DNA of 63,173 nt, the filler included, from Octopus bimaculoides (taxonomy: Eukaryota): assembly GCF_001194135.2 (NCBI RefSeq). It is 4 parts of 4 records of this genome, joined end to end, with 100 filler letters (N's around TTAATTAATTAA, not from the genome) between each part and the next. Parts side by side here need not be neighbours in the genome. Positions count along the whole stretch, not along the records: positions 26,596 to 53,332 come from NC_068988.1; positions 53,433 to 60,271 come from NC_068995.1; 2 more parts are not named here. One strand, 5' to 3'. The notes under the pieces are model-generated. The model was not told the origin of the DNA, did no database searches, and worked only from the letters and a program-made list of their open reading frames with translations. Each line of letters starts with the position of its first letter. The first letter of the stretch is position 1. Positions 39,003-54,494 of this stretch are shown one piece after another. The position numbers were made by a program, and so were the translations under genes.

Positions 39003-39063
<61 letters not shown>

Positions 39064-39940
39064 TTACATATATATGGGTATGTTTCTAGTAGTAAGCTAA
39101 CGCAGTACATTCGATGAAGAATGCGTTGAAACGATCGTTGGGAGCAATAAAGTTTGTCCTATACTCCATTTTTCATCTCTATCATTTGTTATACGTATGT
39201 GTATATATATATATATATATATACATGCACATATACACACACATACGCACACACACACATATATGTATGTATATATATATGGAGATACATAGATATATAG
39301 ATAGAGAGGGAGATAGAGTGTGTATCTTGTGTGTACAGATAGATATACGACTCCTACTGTTGAGTTTAAAGCATCATGTCCATTAACATCATCTAATCTG
39401 CTTCCAGTGTAGTATTGCTAGTATTCCAGTAAGCAGTATTGCTAGTTATGATATGCAAAGCGTATGCTAGGACTTTAGTTTTGTGTAACATAATAACACA
39501 GGGCAGTAAAATGTTCTCCGGTTATCCGTTGTCGTTAAGCATCCCAGTTGCACTTGGAGCGTCCAAAGCCGAACATACGTAGGAAGGAATGATATAAGCG
39601 TGTGTTTATCGTACTCTCTCCTCTCCCCCTCTCCCTTCCCCTCTCTCCCTTCCCCCTCTCTCCCTTCCCCCTCNNNNNNNNNNNNNNNNNNNNNNNNNNN
39701 NNNNNNNNNNNNNNNNNNNNNNNNNNNNNNNNNNNNNNNNNNNNNNNNNNNNNNNNNNNNNNNNNNNNNNNNNNNNNNNNNNNNNNNNNNNNNNNNNNNN
39801 NNNNNNNNNNNNNNNNNNNNNNNNNNNNNNNNNNNNNNNNNNNNNNNNNNNNNNNNNNNNNNNNNNNNNNNNNNNNNNNNNNNNNNNNNNNNNNNNNNNN
39901 NNNNNCACACACACGCATATATGAATAAGAATACGTATGC

Positions 39941-39983
<43 letters not shown>

Positions 39984-41189
39984 CATCTATCTATCTATCT
40001 ATCTATCTGTGTGTGGATGAGGGTGCGTGCGTGTGAGTGTGTATGCCTGTGTGCGTGTGTGCGTATGCGCGCGCGCCTGCGCATACATGTATAGTTAGCA
40101 GTGAGTGTGACTATGAAATCTCGTACACGGTTAAATGGACTAAGCTAAACTAAACAAGCAATGTATAAGATCTTAATTCCAGCTTACAACTTCCGTTCCT
40201 CATAATTTCATGTTCTTAACTTTAAACATTCATCATACGATGCTGGCTGATACAGCGGTTCGTTGCCCTGAGCTTTATTTACTTCGTGTTAATTTTTTAC
40301 ACAGTGTGTTAATCTAAGAGCTTCTTATTTAACGCGTGAACTTATGCATACATGCACACACGTAAACATATAATGTCCTACTTGGACATTTTGTACGTTT
40401 TTTTACACGTCAGCACACTCTGAGTGTGTGTGAGCTACAGCGAAAGAATTATAGGCCTATTGACGAAAACGAAAGTTAAAATGGCGAATCACAGTAATTA
40501 CAAAAATGATCATGAGATGTATCTATTAATTTTGATCTATGAGAAGGAAGGACATAGAAAGAGACACCAAGTATTTTGTTAAACTAGTGTTTGTAGACTG
40601 TAATTCTCTTCTTGTCATTCCTTTTTTTTCTATAATTTTGTGAAATGAGCGTATACAGACACAGGAACTTAATTATTGTGTACACACACATAAACACACA
40701 CACACAGACACACGTATGCATGCCCTTATATACTATAATTCTTCAGTTAGTACTTTACAAATGTTTCTAAAAATGGAGCGCTAAACGCAACAGTGCTACG
40801 CAGGGAATCGTTTATAACATAACAAATAGCAATAGGAGCTATCTTTAATGGCATTACGATCACGAATAAAAGTCGCTAAATGACCGAAATGTAAATATGT
40901 GATGTATTTGCTTTTAAGAACTTTAGATAACTGTACACAATGTAATGTTATATTGTGATCTAAAGTTATGAAGAAATTAGAAATTACGTTCAATTAATCA
41001 GGATTTAATTCTGTTATAATAGCATTAAATTAATCAATAGGCACACAGAGGCTTACCCGCTGTTAACTCAGTTGAAAAGTATCAGTACTAAATATAACAG
41101 ATGATATTGTTTCTGAGATGAGGATTAAGGCTGTAGAAGTTCACCACATATACACGACTTTCAATGATTTTCAAAGAATGCATGCAATG

Positions 41190-42810
41190 TGTGCGTTTCC
41201 TTGAATCATTTCTTACGAAGCAGAATAATACGGAAGCAGAATAGCCTCTCCAGAACATATGTTTTGTTGCTAACATTCCAGTCAAGATGGTCCATAATTT
41301 CCATAACATTGGTGATGCTATTACCGAGGTGTTCACAAATAAGAATTCTTTCTGGTATTATTTCTGACTGAACCGTAGGGTCTTCAGCCTCAATCGGAAG
41401 CGTTGCTGTGCTAACTCCAGAGGACCTTCAATAGATAAACTTTTCTCATGGGACTCTATTAATAATTTGAAATCTCCCATATCGCCCATTTGCATTTTCT
41501 CTTAAATGATCTGCTCAACGATATCATTGATGATTTCTGCCACGTCTTCTTTATAAAACCCGAGGAAGTAATTGCGTGTTCTGAACACAGTTTCTTCCAA
41601 ATTCTGTTCATGTAGTTTTCGGTTACTTCCTCAGACTGCTTTGATATTATCCATGATGTTATTTACGGATCTCATGTTATGGTAGTTTATCTAGAAGTCC
41701 CTGATTGGTTGTTTATGTTGCAAAAAAAGCAACATAAACAATCAACAGGTTCTTTGGTCGTATGTACAATCAACAAGTTCGAGGTTATATGTATATATGA
41801 AATTGCGATAGATAATAGGCTTTCATATTAGAAATTACATCTTGATCCATGAGCTGCATTAAGGAAATATATTTGAGTGGATGTAGGCAAACCTCGACGA
41901 GAATGTAGCACGAAAGGTTGCAAGATTCATTAGCATGACCTGTAGTATTATCAAGCACCAATTCTTTCGGCTGAAAGTTACAACGTTTTCACTGTTAGTC
42001 AAAGCATATCCCAAACCACAATGTGAAATTTTTTAATGTCTCCAAGATTTTCTTATTTGATTTCCAAATCACAGGCGGACGCATTTTTGATATCCTTCTC
42101 ATGTTTTTGAGTAATAAACGAGCATTGGCCTTCAATATAAAATCACTTGAAGAATTACCTCCAAGTATTAGTGTGAAACAGTCATTTTTAGTCTAGAATA
42201 CATGGCATTCTTTTCTAAAACTGGGTTGTTTCATCAGCATTGAATACAAATTGGGAAGGAAGCTCGATGATAACCCCAAGAACTTGAGGAAATTCTTTGA
42301 TTGTCTAGATTTCTGTCTTTGTGGCTTCGTTAAAGATTTGGATGCTCTGTAAGCTATATCACTGTTTCAATCCATTAAACCTGCCACTACTAATTCCGAA
42401 AGCTTCTGAATTATCTTTGTCTTTTATTCACATAAGTTATTGACGATGCTTCTTGCTTTTCCATTTTGCTAAATTAGCTTGATGTGATGTTGCACTGCGT
42501 GTACTAGTCCACCTGTATAGTAAACGTCACCCTCCTTTCCCCACAAAAAACTTACTTGGTAAATGATTTACTTTCTTTACTGATCACAATGAGATTGTCC
42601 TGGCTGAAACCTTTATTTTGTTTGCATTTTTCATGACGGTTCTCAGTGTTGATGCAGCAAAGGTTAAAGACTTACTCATACACGCTTGATATTCGCTAAC
42701 TTACAATAGTATCAACATTTGCTAATTTACACCCGATGCAACGCTTTTCTGCAGATCCTTATATAAATCTTCATCTTTTGGATTTGAAGGCTGTTTTTTA
42801 CACATCATAG
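41190..42810 (-). mobile_element. Decayed Tigger/pogo-family (DDE_1, CENP-B-like) transposase
   Basis: Minus-strand peptides VFNADET (42226-42253), KRMP, TLILGGNSSSDF, VIWKSNKK, VLDNTTGH (41934-41957); many stops. Confidence 0.75.
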
Positions 42811-45578
42811 GTAACAGATTGTTTCAAAAATGTGTTTATATGTTTAAATATGTTTAAATAGGAAAACATAGTTATTTTACATTTTCATCATAATTTCATT
42901 TCGCATTTTTGCAAAGGTAAAGAAAACCCTGTTATCTTCCCTTTTACTTTCACGTGACAGAATACTTTAAGAGAACAAAGAAAATATTCCCGTTCCTCGT
43001 TATCTTTTATTATCTTTTTTAATCCCTTAACTTTTAGTGAGGCGTTGAGCAAGCACATTCTCTAGCGCATCTGTCAAATGATTATTTTTTTCTTTTATTC
43101 TCTTACTTGTTTCAGTCGTTTAACTGCAGCCATGCTGGAGCACTACCTTGATGGGTTTTAGTCGAAGAAATCGACGTCAAGATTTATTTCTTAAGCCAAG
43201 TGGAAGTTATTCTATCGGGTTCTTTTTGCCGAACCGCTATGTTACGGGGACTTAAACGCACCAACACCGGTTGTCAAGCGGTGATGGGAGAACACAGATG
43301 CAAAGACACACACACACACGCAAACACGCACGCACACACACGCGAAAACACACACACATACATACATACATACATACATACATAACAGGCTTCTTTCAGT
43401 TTCCATCTATCAAACCTACTCACAAGGTTTTGTTCAGCCCGAGGCTACAGTAGAACCCAGAACCATGTAGTTGGGAAGCAAGCTTCTTACCACAGAACCA
43501 CGCCTGCGCCTATGCAGCATTTTTTCCACCATTTTACAGTCTGAGTTGAAATACTGTCGAGGTCAACTTCAAATTCATCCTTTCAGGGTCGATAAAATGA
43601 AGCACCAGTGAAATAGCAGGTTCGACGTAATCGAATAACTGCCTAAAATCGAATAAATCCCTAAAAATTTCTTGTGTGCCAAAATTTGAAACAATTAATT
43701 ACACTTTTGTGTATTTATTGCAATAAAAAAAAAATTATTTTAATAGCTTTTACTATGAAACGAAATCAAAGTCGTGAATCAACAAAAAAGAAGAAGAGAC
43801 GATTCAAACAAAGGATGAGAGCACAATATTGAAAATAAGAGAAAGTTTAAAGCAAAATCAACGGAAACGATCACTTAGCACGAACGTGTAGGAAGGCTGT
43901 GTAATTAAGAAGAAAATCATCAGATACGAAGAGAAAACATAATGAATAGAGAAATGATTGTATGTGACACCATCAAGAGAGAGAAGAGCAACAGACAAAA
44001 TAATATGAACGAAGAACATCAGGTAGGATAACAGGAGAAACTTCAAGAAAGAAAAGGTAACGAGAAAACATGATCAATGAAAAGTTACTCAACTTGAGAG
44101 ATACTCAAATAAGAAGGCAACGCCAAAGGAAATTTGGTGCTCCTATGATTCGATATCACATTGAACAAGATTGTGCTTCATAATCTTAATCCGTTGTCAA
44201 GCTGTTTATCATAAAATTCTTTAACATATACAATGAAACGATGTTATGAAAGCATAACTTGAAGAAACAACTAAGAGTAAGAGAATTTATAAAAGGTAGA
44301 ATTTTTGTGGATCCCGCTAGTTATTAGTCCTTCTACTCGAGAAGAAGATATACCCGTTTAAAATTTAATTATCATTAACTGCGGAATGCTGCTAATATAT
44401 CAATCTATCTTTTGTAGAGGAATGTTATATTTAAAACTATTTGCTGTTGAAACATGTCAAGTTTATTGAGGTAGCGTAACTTTCAGATAACACCAATTCT
44501 ATCTTCCATTTTTCTCCTTTTGATAGATATTTAACGTTATTATTGGAATAACTTTGAACTTTAATTTCGCAGTGGAAACGTTAAAATAATGTAGTATTAT
44601 TCTACTAGAAATATTGTTTCCAACATAAAGAATGCTATAGATATTCAGCACTAAACAGAGTAGCACCAAGCAGTGTATTACCGTACGCCAACCAACAACA
44701 CCATAAGAAACATAATTAACCAATATATTAACTAGGAAAGCAATCTCTCATGTTCACAGTGTAAATGAAAGATGAGTCTCAATAAGTATCGAATATTCCA
44801 TGGCTGATTAAGCTTGCCAAGAACTTACTAGGACTCCTGGCGACTAAATCTAGTTTCTGGGTGTGTCCAAAAGAATTTCTTTCTTCTTAAATTTATAAGA
44901 ATTTTAATAATTCGAAGATGCAGGGATAATAATTAGAATTAATTCTATTTAATTCGACTTCTATAACCATATTTCTTCTTGTCTTCTACATCTGTACGCT
45001 GTTTTCTTTTTTTTATTTATTTCTTTTTGCTTCATTTTTTTCTTATTCTTCACCAGTACCACCTTCACCGTTGCCGCCATCACCACCATTACCTTCTAAA
45101 TACCAAATTGAATTGATTAATGGCTGTGTCACCGTTGTATTAATTCGAGTTAGTTGAAGACACTGTCTCTACTTCGGTATTGGTAATTCTCTCCGACAGA
45201 CTCTTTCATATAATTTGAAATAATTTCTCGAAAGATTGGATAAAAAAAGAACTTTTCAGTGACGGTAGCTAATAAAGTGAATTACTATTCTGATTTTTGT
45301 TGTTGTTATTATTCGTACTATTTTCAAATTATATATAAAAAAAATTATATAATTATAAACAATTCGAATATTAAATATTAAAAATAAAATAGGAATGAAA
45401 TAGTATGAAATTACAGACTTTTTGTGCATTTAAAAATACCACGTAAATTGATTTTTGCATGAAAGGCAGAAAACATTTTGATATCGGTCACAAACACATA
45501 TGTACATATTCAAACACATACACGCACACACGCGCACACACACGCGCGCGCATATAAGCATATCTATGTATATATAAT

Positions 45579-45610
<32 letters not shown>

Positions 45611-45689
45611 ATATATACAGCATGGCAAGAAACTTAACCGAGTGCAGCAGTATCAAGCTTCCCCATTCATCAGAAGCCAAATCACATGA

Positions 45690-45790
45690 GAATGGCCATT
45701 GAAAAGGCGGTGATACTGATAGAGCCAAAGCTTTTTCACAACCTTTGGGCTGAGATGCATAAACGAATAAAGGAACAGAAAGAATATTAA
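45690..45790 (+). mobile_element. Possible Tc1-like transposase remnant
   Basis: HNLWAEMHKRI resembles IENLWxxLKR; very short. Confidence 0.3.
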
Positions 45791-45879
45791 TACAAATACT
45801 GTGCACATGAATGTACATAAAAATACATTCGTATACACTGACGCTAACAGAGCGACCCCCGCATGCACAGAAACACACA

Positions 45880-45912
<33 letters not shown>

Positions 45913-45922
45913 NNNNNNNNNN

Positions 45923-45987
<65 letters not shown>

Positions 45988-46968
45988 TAATTATGTATAT
46001 ATAATTGCATATTATATATATAATTACTATTTTTACGAATTATTTACCTTAGTTGTAGAAAGGACATTTTTTGACATACGTTGCATTTGGCTTCATACCT
46101 GATCGTCATCAGGTGCCTATTCCTTGTGCGATAGGTCTGTGTATTATATGATACCGAATTAAGTCAAAGAAATTAATAGTTTCTATACTAAACAGAATAA
46201 CGATCCCATGAACCAGTCAATGGTACAGGTATGCATATTCATATAATTCGTTTGTTCGTCTTACCTAGTAAAGTCACTATGTGTATATGTATATGTGCGT
46301 GCGTGCATGAATCAAACGAAGTTACTTGTCGTAACCTGGTCTGATTCTTGAAAATCTTCGCCAGTTTGCAAAACTGAAATGTATAATAAAACTCGATATC
46401 TAAAATAATAATATTTCCACAGAAAATATCATTTATACCCCTCGAGCGTAGAAGAAGATGTTAAGCTATAATATCAGAGGCTGCCTTGAAAAATATCAGA
46501 GACTGCCTTGTAACATTAAAAAATATGCTGAATGAACGTGAAGTGGAATTGTCTGGGAACGAGATCGAAGACGCTGAAATCAAAGGTTATTGGAATTTTT
46601 AATCTTTGAAATAAAGCAAACCTAATTGATAGAACATTGTTAAAAAAAAAAAACATCTGTGCAATCACAATGTAACAATTCATAATAACAATGCCCATAG
46701 CTCATATCCTAGGTTGTACGACAATCTATCATTTATCGCAATATTCCGTATCCAATAAAATATCTATTACTGTTAACAGCTAGATGAAATAACGTTTTAT
46801 TCGAGAAAATGAACGAAACACTTGCAACATGTTTAAACGCACAACGTAGCATATGAGCATTTTAATTGCCCACAATCCAAATCATACAGCATTTTCTCTC
46901 ACACACGCATTCTCTTTCTTTCTTTTTTTCTTACTTTGTTTGTTTGTTTGTTTGTTTGTTTGTTTGTT

Positions 46969-46999
<31 letters not shown>

Positions 47000-48087
47000 C
47001 ATTGTCTCTCTTTTGTTTTGCAATATGACGAAGTGCAATAGCCCGAAATGTAAAATTTCCTACGCCTCTCAATAACTGAAGAGAAGGCACTTTTATGCGC
47101 CGTGAGTTATAATACTGTTATCCTCTTGGTCGACATCTTACTACCACTATAAGACCAACTTGTGGCATACACAATTACTAACTGCTTAATTGTATTTTTC
47201 TTTCATTGTTTTTGGTTACCGAACTAATTTTATTTTGTGGAGTACAAGTGGGAGGAGACTTGTTTTACTTTTGTTTCTTGTAATATGTTTCAAAAACATT
47301 AAAATTCAATTTCACAAGTTTGAATTGAAAGAAAAAGACAACAAAGAAAAACGAACAAATAAATATATAAATTGAAAAAAAAAATAGAAAATCTGAAAAA
47401 AATAAAACTCTTATTTTTTTTGTCGATTTGTCTCTTCATTTGCTTTTTCTTTGCCTCAACTAATTTTCGTAATCTTTCTTTTTTTCACTTATTTTTTCTT
47501 TTATTTCTTTCATACCCTGCCACCCCTGCAATTAACACAGTAATGTACTCTTTGCTTGTATTTCTTAGAGATTTAACCTCCCCACAAAGAAGAAAAATAC
47601 AAAATGAATAGAAAAATATCAGAAAAATACATCAGATTTTGAATNNNNNNNNNNNNNNNNNNNNNNNNNNNNNNNNNNNNNNNNNNNNNNNNNNNNNNNN
47701 NNNNNNNNNNNNNNNNNNNNNNNNNNNNNNNNNNNNNNNNNNNNNNNNNNNNNNNNNNNNNNNNNNNNNNNNNNNNNNNNNNNNNNNNNNNNNNNNNNNN
47801 NNNNNNNNNNNNNNNNNNNNNNNNNNNNNNNNNNNNNNNNNNNNNNNNNNNNNNNNNNNNNNNNNNNNNNNNNNNNNNNNNNNNNNNNNNNNNNNNNNNN
47901 NNNNNNNNNNNNNNNNNNNNNNNNNNNNNNNNNNNNNNNNNNNNNNNNNNNNNNNNNNNNNNNNNNNNNNNNNNNNNNNNNNNNNNNNNNNNNNNNNNNN
48001 NNNNNNNNNNNNNNNNNNNNNNNNNNNNNNNNNNNNNNNNNNNNNNNNNNNNNNNNNNNNNNNNNNNNNNNNNNNNNNNNNNNNNNN

Positions 48088-48138
<51 letters not shown>

Positions 48139-48519
48139 CGTGTGTGTGTCTGTGTCTGTGTGTCTGTGTGTAAACGATGACTTTCATATTTACTTTTGAT
48201 ACCTTCCGGCAGAGTTAAACGCAAATATGCTAATCGCTATTTTGTACGTCACGGGGGTAGAACTTGTTTTTATGATGATATTGTGTTCATAACACACTCG
48301 CTTCATTACTGCCTATATGCGATCTAATCTTCTGGAACGTATGAAAAATAAATATGCAATCATCATTTCAGATCTCCTTGTTCACAGTGCAAATAACGAT
48401 TTAATAGCAAGTTGAGATATTTTCTAAACATGAAGCCAATGGTAGCCTTGAAATACAAATAAAGAATTTTCATCCACCAATGTAGTACTAAGCACTCAGT
48501 TTTATTGTTCGATATTTAC

Positions 48520-48576
<57 letters not shown>

Positions 48577-48963
48577 TACGCGTTTGTGAGTTGTGAGAGG
48601 GAAATTAAGTATCAAACTAATATTGGCCAATTTGTATTGTCGATGTCTGGTTAGAAGAGGCCGTGATTAATACCAGCTGTTATAATTAGGAAGTTGTTTC
48701 TAAAATATTCTCTCGGTATAAGATTAATCCCGTTAGTTCTCCATGTGTGAGTTTAGATAAAATTGCTGGTTTCTGTTTTAATTGCCACTTTGAAATGGCC
48801 GAAAGAAGTAGAATAAAACAAAGAATTATATTATTCCACCACCTCCGTCAAACAGACAACACATCTGTGTAATTAGTATTCTTTAATGTTTTACACTTGA
48901 ATGTGTGCGCATACAGTTCTGTCCAGATGCTCAAACGATTCCGCCTTCATAATAATAATAATA

Positions 48964-49260
48964 AGGGCTAAAAGCAGAGAGTGAAGGCTTTATATTAGCT
49001 GCTCAAGACCAAAGCTTATTAACCCGGAACTACCAAGCCAATGTGATAAAAAATGGAGCTGACCCAAAATGCCGATTCTGTAACGATGAAATTGAAACTA
49101 TAGACCACCTAATCTCAGAGTGTAGAGTCTTAGCACCTGTAGAATAAGCAAGACATGACAGAGCATGACATGAAAGAGTCGGCCAGTATTTACACTGGAC
49201 AGTATGTAGGTATTATAAAATCAAAACAGCTGACAAATGGTATAAACACATCTTGAAGCT
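48964..49260 (+). mobile_element. R4/Dong-like LINE fragment, CCHC zinc-finger region
   Basis: GLKAESEGFILAAQDQSLLTRNYQ...CRFCNDEIETIDHLISEC; begins right after (TAA)n and runs into an N gap followed by (TAA)n. Confidence 0.78.
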
Positions 49261-50679
49261 NNNNNNNNNNNNNNNNNNNNNNNNNNNNNNNNNNNNNNNN
49301 NNNNNNNNNNNNNNNNNNNNNNNNNNNNNNNNNNNNNNNNNNNNNNNNNNNNNNNNNNNNATAATAATAATAATAATAATAATCCTTTCTACAGTTATGA
49401 TGTGGTCGGTTGTATGATGTGGGATGTGCTGTAGTTATATGATATGCGCTGTAGTTATGATGTGACGAGTTCTGTATTTATGTGAACTGTAGCTATGTCG
49501 TGTGTGTGTTATATTGATTATGGACGGATGACGTATTTATGATGTGATGTGGATATTATGTGTGCTGTAATTATGACATGATGTGTGCTGTAGATAAGAT
49601 GTAGTGTGTCATGTTATTGCTTATTGTTTGCTATGGTAACAATGTCGTGTAATATATAGTTAGGATGTGAATTGCAGATAAGAAGTGATTTATATACATA
49701 CATATATATATATATATATATANNNNNNNNNNNNNNNNNNNNNNNNNNNNNNNNNNNNNNNNNNNNNNNNNNNNNNNNNNNNNNNNNNNNNNNNNNNNNN
49801 NNNNNNNNNNNNNNNNNNNNNNNNNNNNNNNNNNNNNNNNNNNNNNNNNNNNNNNNNNNNNNNNNNNNNNNNNNNNNNNNNNNNNNNNNNNNNNNNNNNN
49901 NNNNNNNNNNNNNNNNNNNNNNNNNNNNNNNNNNNNNNNNNNNNNNNNNNNNNNNNNNNNNNNNNNNNNNNNNNNNNNNNNNNNNNTATATATATATATA
50001 TATATATGATAATCTGTTTTTGTTGTACGGTAATATTGAAAATATTTAGCTTAAAATGGCATATAGTTAATGTCAGTTATTAAAAAGTAATAAATAAAGC
50101 ATTTGGAGAAAGATGTTATTATTACTGTTGTAGTAATCGTGGTTATGATGTGGCTACACATGTGCTCATGGGGTTGTTGCTTTTGGGTGGTGGTGGTAGT
50201 GATAGTGATGGTGGTGGTGGTGTTTGTTGTTTCATATATCGTTGTTTCCTTGTCGTAGAGGAGACGACAGAATCAATAATTCCCCCTCCATCAAATTTCT
50301 GAACTTATGCCTATATAAGGGATTATTATCATTATCATTACTCTCTTCTTTCAATTTTGCTTCCATTTCTTACTCATTGCCTTTTGTAATTTCTCGGTGT
50401 TCTGCAAATGATCAAGTAAGCTGCTTCGTTTCATCATGTCACACTCTTCCACACCAATTAATCTTCTTCCGCCCTGATCTCTCTTCAAGCACAACCAATT
50501 AATATCAGATTTCAGGTGGTGAGCTCAATATGTATATTGAACAACACTTTACTTTTTCTCATGAGTTTCTGCATTTCACTTTTTGTCTGACCCACAATTC
50601 GAACTCCACATCTGATAAATAGCACAGCACTTGAATTAGCTGCTTCAATAATATTTCTTGAATTCAATCTTGATTGTTA

Positions 50680-51750
50680 TTTATTCCTCACTCTCCTTGT
50701 ATATTCCCTCCTTACATTTTGCTTCATCTCTTCATGCTTTATTTTATCCGCCTCCAGTAGCCACAAATATATATACTGTTTTCCTTTCTCAATCGAATTC
50801 ATAGTTTGCTCATTTGGCATTCCAATTCTCTGGCTTCTTTCAGAACTCCTTCGTTTCATTATCAAGATAATGTACTTTTAAAACCAGAATTTCCATTTCT
50901 TCTACATCATATGAGAAAATGCGAACAGTATGTATGTACAAGACTTGGCATCTGCTTCTAGTTTATCACGTAAAACTTTAAATCATCTATGAATAGGAGA
51001 TGATTAATCTGATCATAGCCTTTTCCCAAATCATAAGCTATTTTGACCTTCCGTAGTATCATGACCAATATATACGCCAATGAAGATAAAACATCACATT
51101 CGAATATACCACGTCTGACGTTCAGCTCCTCAAATTTTTGCTTTCTTTCAATCAAGTCTGTACACCAATGCTACCTGTTACTAATGACCAGTTTCGCCAT
51201 ATTTTCTGCCATTCCAAATATTCTCATTGTTTTATTTATCCAAATGTGCGGCATCATGTCATACGATTTCGTTATAGTCCGAACCATGCCACATTCAATC
51301 CTAACATTCTGCGGTACAATTTCTGCTGCCATTTTTACCAGAATACAGTTAGACTTCAGTCACTCTACCTTACCTTCTGCACCCTTCCTGTTCTGCTGGA
51401 AGTAAATTAATACTTTCCAGATGATGGCACAACTTTTCCACCAAGACACTGGTCATAAGCTTCCATATAAGTCGCAAACAGGTCATTGGTCGAAAAGTTG
51501 ACACCAGTTTAACTCTCATAGGATTCTTAAAACACATCGTTCGTCTACTTGTCAGCCAAATAAGTACGTGTCTCTGCTGCAAGCATTCATCATGATTCGT
51601 TGCGATCCTTTCATGCAACTCTGTAAAAGTTTTCAGTCTCACTGAGTACAGATCAATTCTGTCGTCCTGCTGTTTCAGCACATTAGCAAGCTGTCTCTCC
51701 AGCTGTGTTAACCACTCTGTATTTTCGTTATGTCTCACTGGCCTGTTCCA
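50680..51750 (-). mobile_element. Decayed reverse transcriptase region of an R4/Dong-like LINE
   Basis: FRPMTCLRLIWKLMTS...EQEGCRR; RRGIFECDVLS (GIFQGDSLSP-like); INHLLFIDDLK. Confidence 0.75.
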
Positions 51751-52207
51751 AAGTTCTATCCAAAACGCTTTACTTTATTCCACACGCAGGAGACTGACCT
51801 CTTCAGCCTTTTCCCCACCCCAAATAATGGTATTGAAAGTCAGTTGCGTAATTGCACGGAGATCGTGTCCGGTTGGAAGTAAGGTCACTTGCTTTATTTT
51901 TCAAGGAAGTCATCTGTTGTAGATGACTATCTCTGTATCGAACAGTGGGTCGCCATGTTTCTTTTCACTCTGTGTCATCACAAGCGTTACTATCAGAACG
52001 TAAAGAAACGGAACAGATGTCGCTAGATATCCTGTCCGATGATCTAACAGTTTCGGCAATCCACTGCTCTCTATTCGTACTTTTTTAATCAGCTCCGAAA
52101 TGAGTTGATCTCGGAAAGATTTGAGCTCAACGTGCAGAGAATTGGAACAAATACCTCGGGATATTCTATCAGACGCTATAATAACTGTGTCAATTCGTCT
52201 TGTGTAC

Positions 52208-52400
52208 ATACGAGGGAGTGCTGAAAAATTCTTGGCTTTATTATCGCGAAAGGCCAGGTTTGGGGCCTGACTTTCCGACCTTTATTACAGGGCTTAGAAG
52301 AATTAAAGGACCGCTGCAATATGCGTGTGAAAGGGGGAATAAAATAATAATTAACCAATCCTCCTGTATCTTCTTTTACCCAAAGCCAGGAACTTTCTAC
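52208..52400. mobile_element. Mariner-derived MITE
   Basis: Left end tacgagggagtgctgaaaaattcttggcttt; partial right end aaagccaggaactttc. Confidence 0.55.
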
Positions 52401-52557
52401 ATACATACATACATACACATATAGGTGTATATGCAAGTATACACATAATTATAGACATATACTCGCGTTCATATTTACACATCTATCTATATCTATCTAT
52501 ATGCGTATGTATACACATATATCAATATTATATATATATACATATTCACATACATAT

Positions 52558-52596
<39 letters not shown>

Positions 52597-53192
52597 CAAA
52601 CACATATACATAGACACACACACGCACGCATATACACAAAGTCTGTGAAAGAGAGAGAAAGAGGAGATAGTGTAAGAGAAAGTTCTGTACGTAGAAATAT
52701 TAACAGACCTACCATCATCAATGAAAAGTGCTGCCTAGAATGTTATATTCTTCACTATATCTTATCTCACAACCAATATACATATTACGCTTCAGCTCAA
52801 TATTTATTTCCAATACAACTGTTGGCGTCACAAAGCATCATTAGCCAAGTATACCAATTCTAGTGACTATCCATGTTAATTATTAATATCATGTTCTGCA
52901 TAGTCAATCTGTAAGTGATTTTATTGAAAGTTACTATGTGACGCTACACTGTTCACAGAGTTGTTTAAACAACTAGTTAGTTATGAATTGTATAGTTGGT
53001 TATGGTTTTTGTAACTGAAGATATTTTAATATAGTTAGATGTATGGTGGATATTAATATAGATCGTATAGAATGGTTGTAACTTGTGTAGTTTGAGTGGT
53101 TATACAGTTAGTGATATATTGTATAGTAAGTTTTAAGTGGTGTAGTTATATGTGTAGTAAAGTTAGTAATATGCAGAATATTTACAGTTATG

Positions 53193-53230
<38 letters not shown>

Positions 53231-53288
53231 TATAGTTAATTATGCGTTTATAAACCTAGATTTATAAATTCAATACGTCAGACCTCTG

Positions 53289-53332
<44 letters not shown>

Positions 53333-53432
53333 NNNNNNNNNNNNNNNNNNNNNNNNNNNNNNNNNNNNNNNNNNNNTTAATTAATTAANNNNNNNNNNNN
53401 NNNNNNNNNNNNNNNNNNNNNNNNNNNNNNNN

Positions 53433-53499
<67 letters not shown>

Positions 53500-53765
53500 T
53501 AGATATTCTTTTAATTGCTTCAGTATTTGGACTGCGGCCATGCTGGAGCACGGTCTTTAGTCGTACAAATCGGGCCCGGAACTTATTCTTTGTAAGACCA
53601 GCACTTATTTCATCGTTGTCTTTTGCCGAACCGCTAGTAGACGGGGACGTAATCACACCAGCACTAGGTGTCAAGCGATGGTGTGTGGGCAAACAGACAC
53701 AAACTCACACACACGCACATCTCTCTCACTCTCTCGCTATATATATATATACATACATACATACA

Positions 53766-53801
<36 letters not shown>

Positions 53802-54034
53802 TATATACACGACGGGCTTCTTTCAGTTTCGGTCTACTAAATCCACTCACAAGGTCTTGGTTGGCCCGAGGTACATATTTTACCTGTGAATTTGCGTGCG
53901 TAAACTGGGAATGCATACAATGAGCTTATCTGCCCTAGGTGTACGGAAAACACTCGGCGAGAAATGGAAGAAAATTTGAATAAAGAAAGAAAAAAAAACA
54001 ACATAATATTATTATTATTATTATGATTATTATT

Positions 54035-54073
<39 letters not shown>

Positions 54074-54081
<8 letters not shown>

Positions 54082-54190
54082 CAATACAGTAAACATAAGA
54101 GCACCACAGCAAACCACAGCACATACCCAAGGCGCACAGAGCTGCGCTCGGTAGTGAAGTGAAAGTACGTTATAAAAATAAAACTACTGA
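54074..54190 (+). mobile_element. 5'-truncated copy of the same R4/Dong-like 3' tail, between (TAA)n runs
   Basis: Nearly identical to 26790-26906. Confidence 0.8.
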
Positions 54191-54494
54191 ATAATAATAA
54201 TAATAATAGTAATAATAATCCTTTCTACTGAAGATACAAGGCCTGAAATAATAATAACAATAGCAACCACAACAATGAGCGGTTTGCCGACAATATGACT
54301 AACAAACTGAACACATAACACAATAAGTGAACAAGAAGCATTTAAGCGATAATGATGACAACAATGACAATCAATAATTAACAACAACAACAATAACAAC
54401 AACAATATCAACAACGGTTTAAACAACAGATGGAAATATCTAACACTTAACGATATGTTACACACAACAACACCGACAATAACAACAGCAAGAA

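Noticed and set aside
43858-44723. Two hydrophobic minus-strand ORFs resembling a signal peptide or membrane receptor
   Set aside because: Hydrophobicity follows from a purine-rich plus strand; no recognisable motif or convincing splice partners
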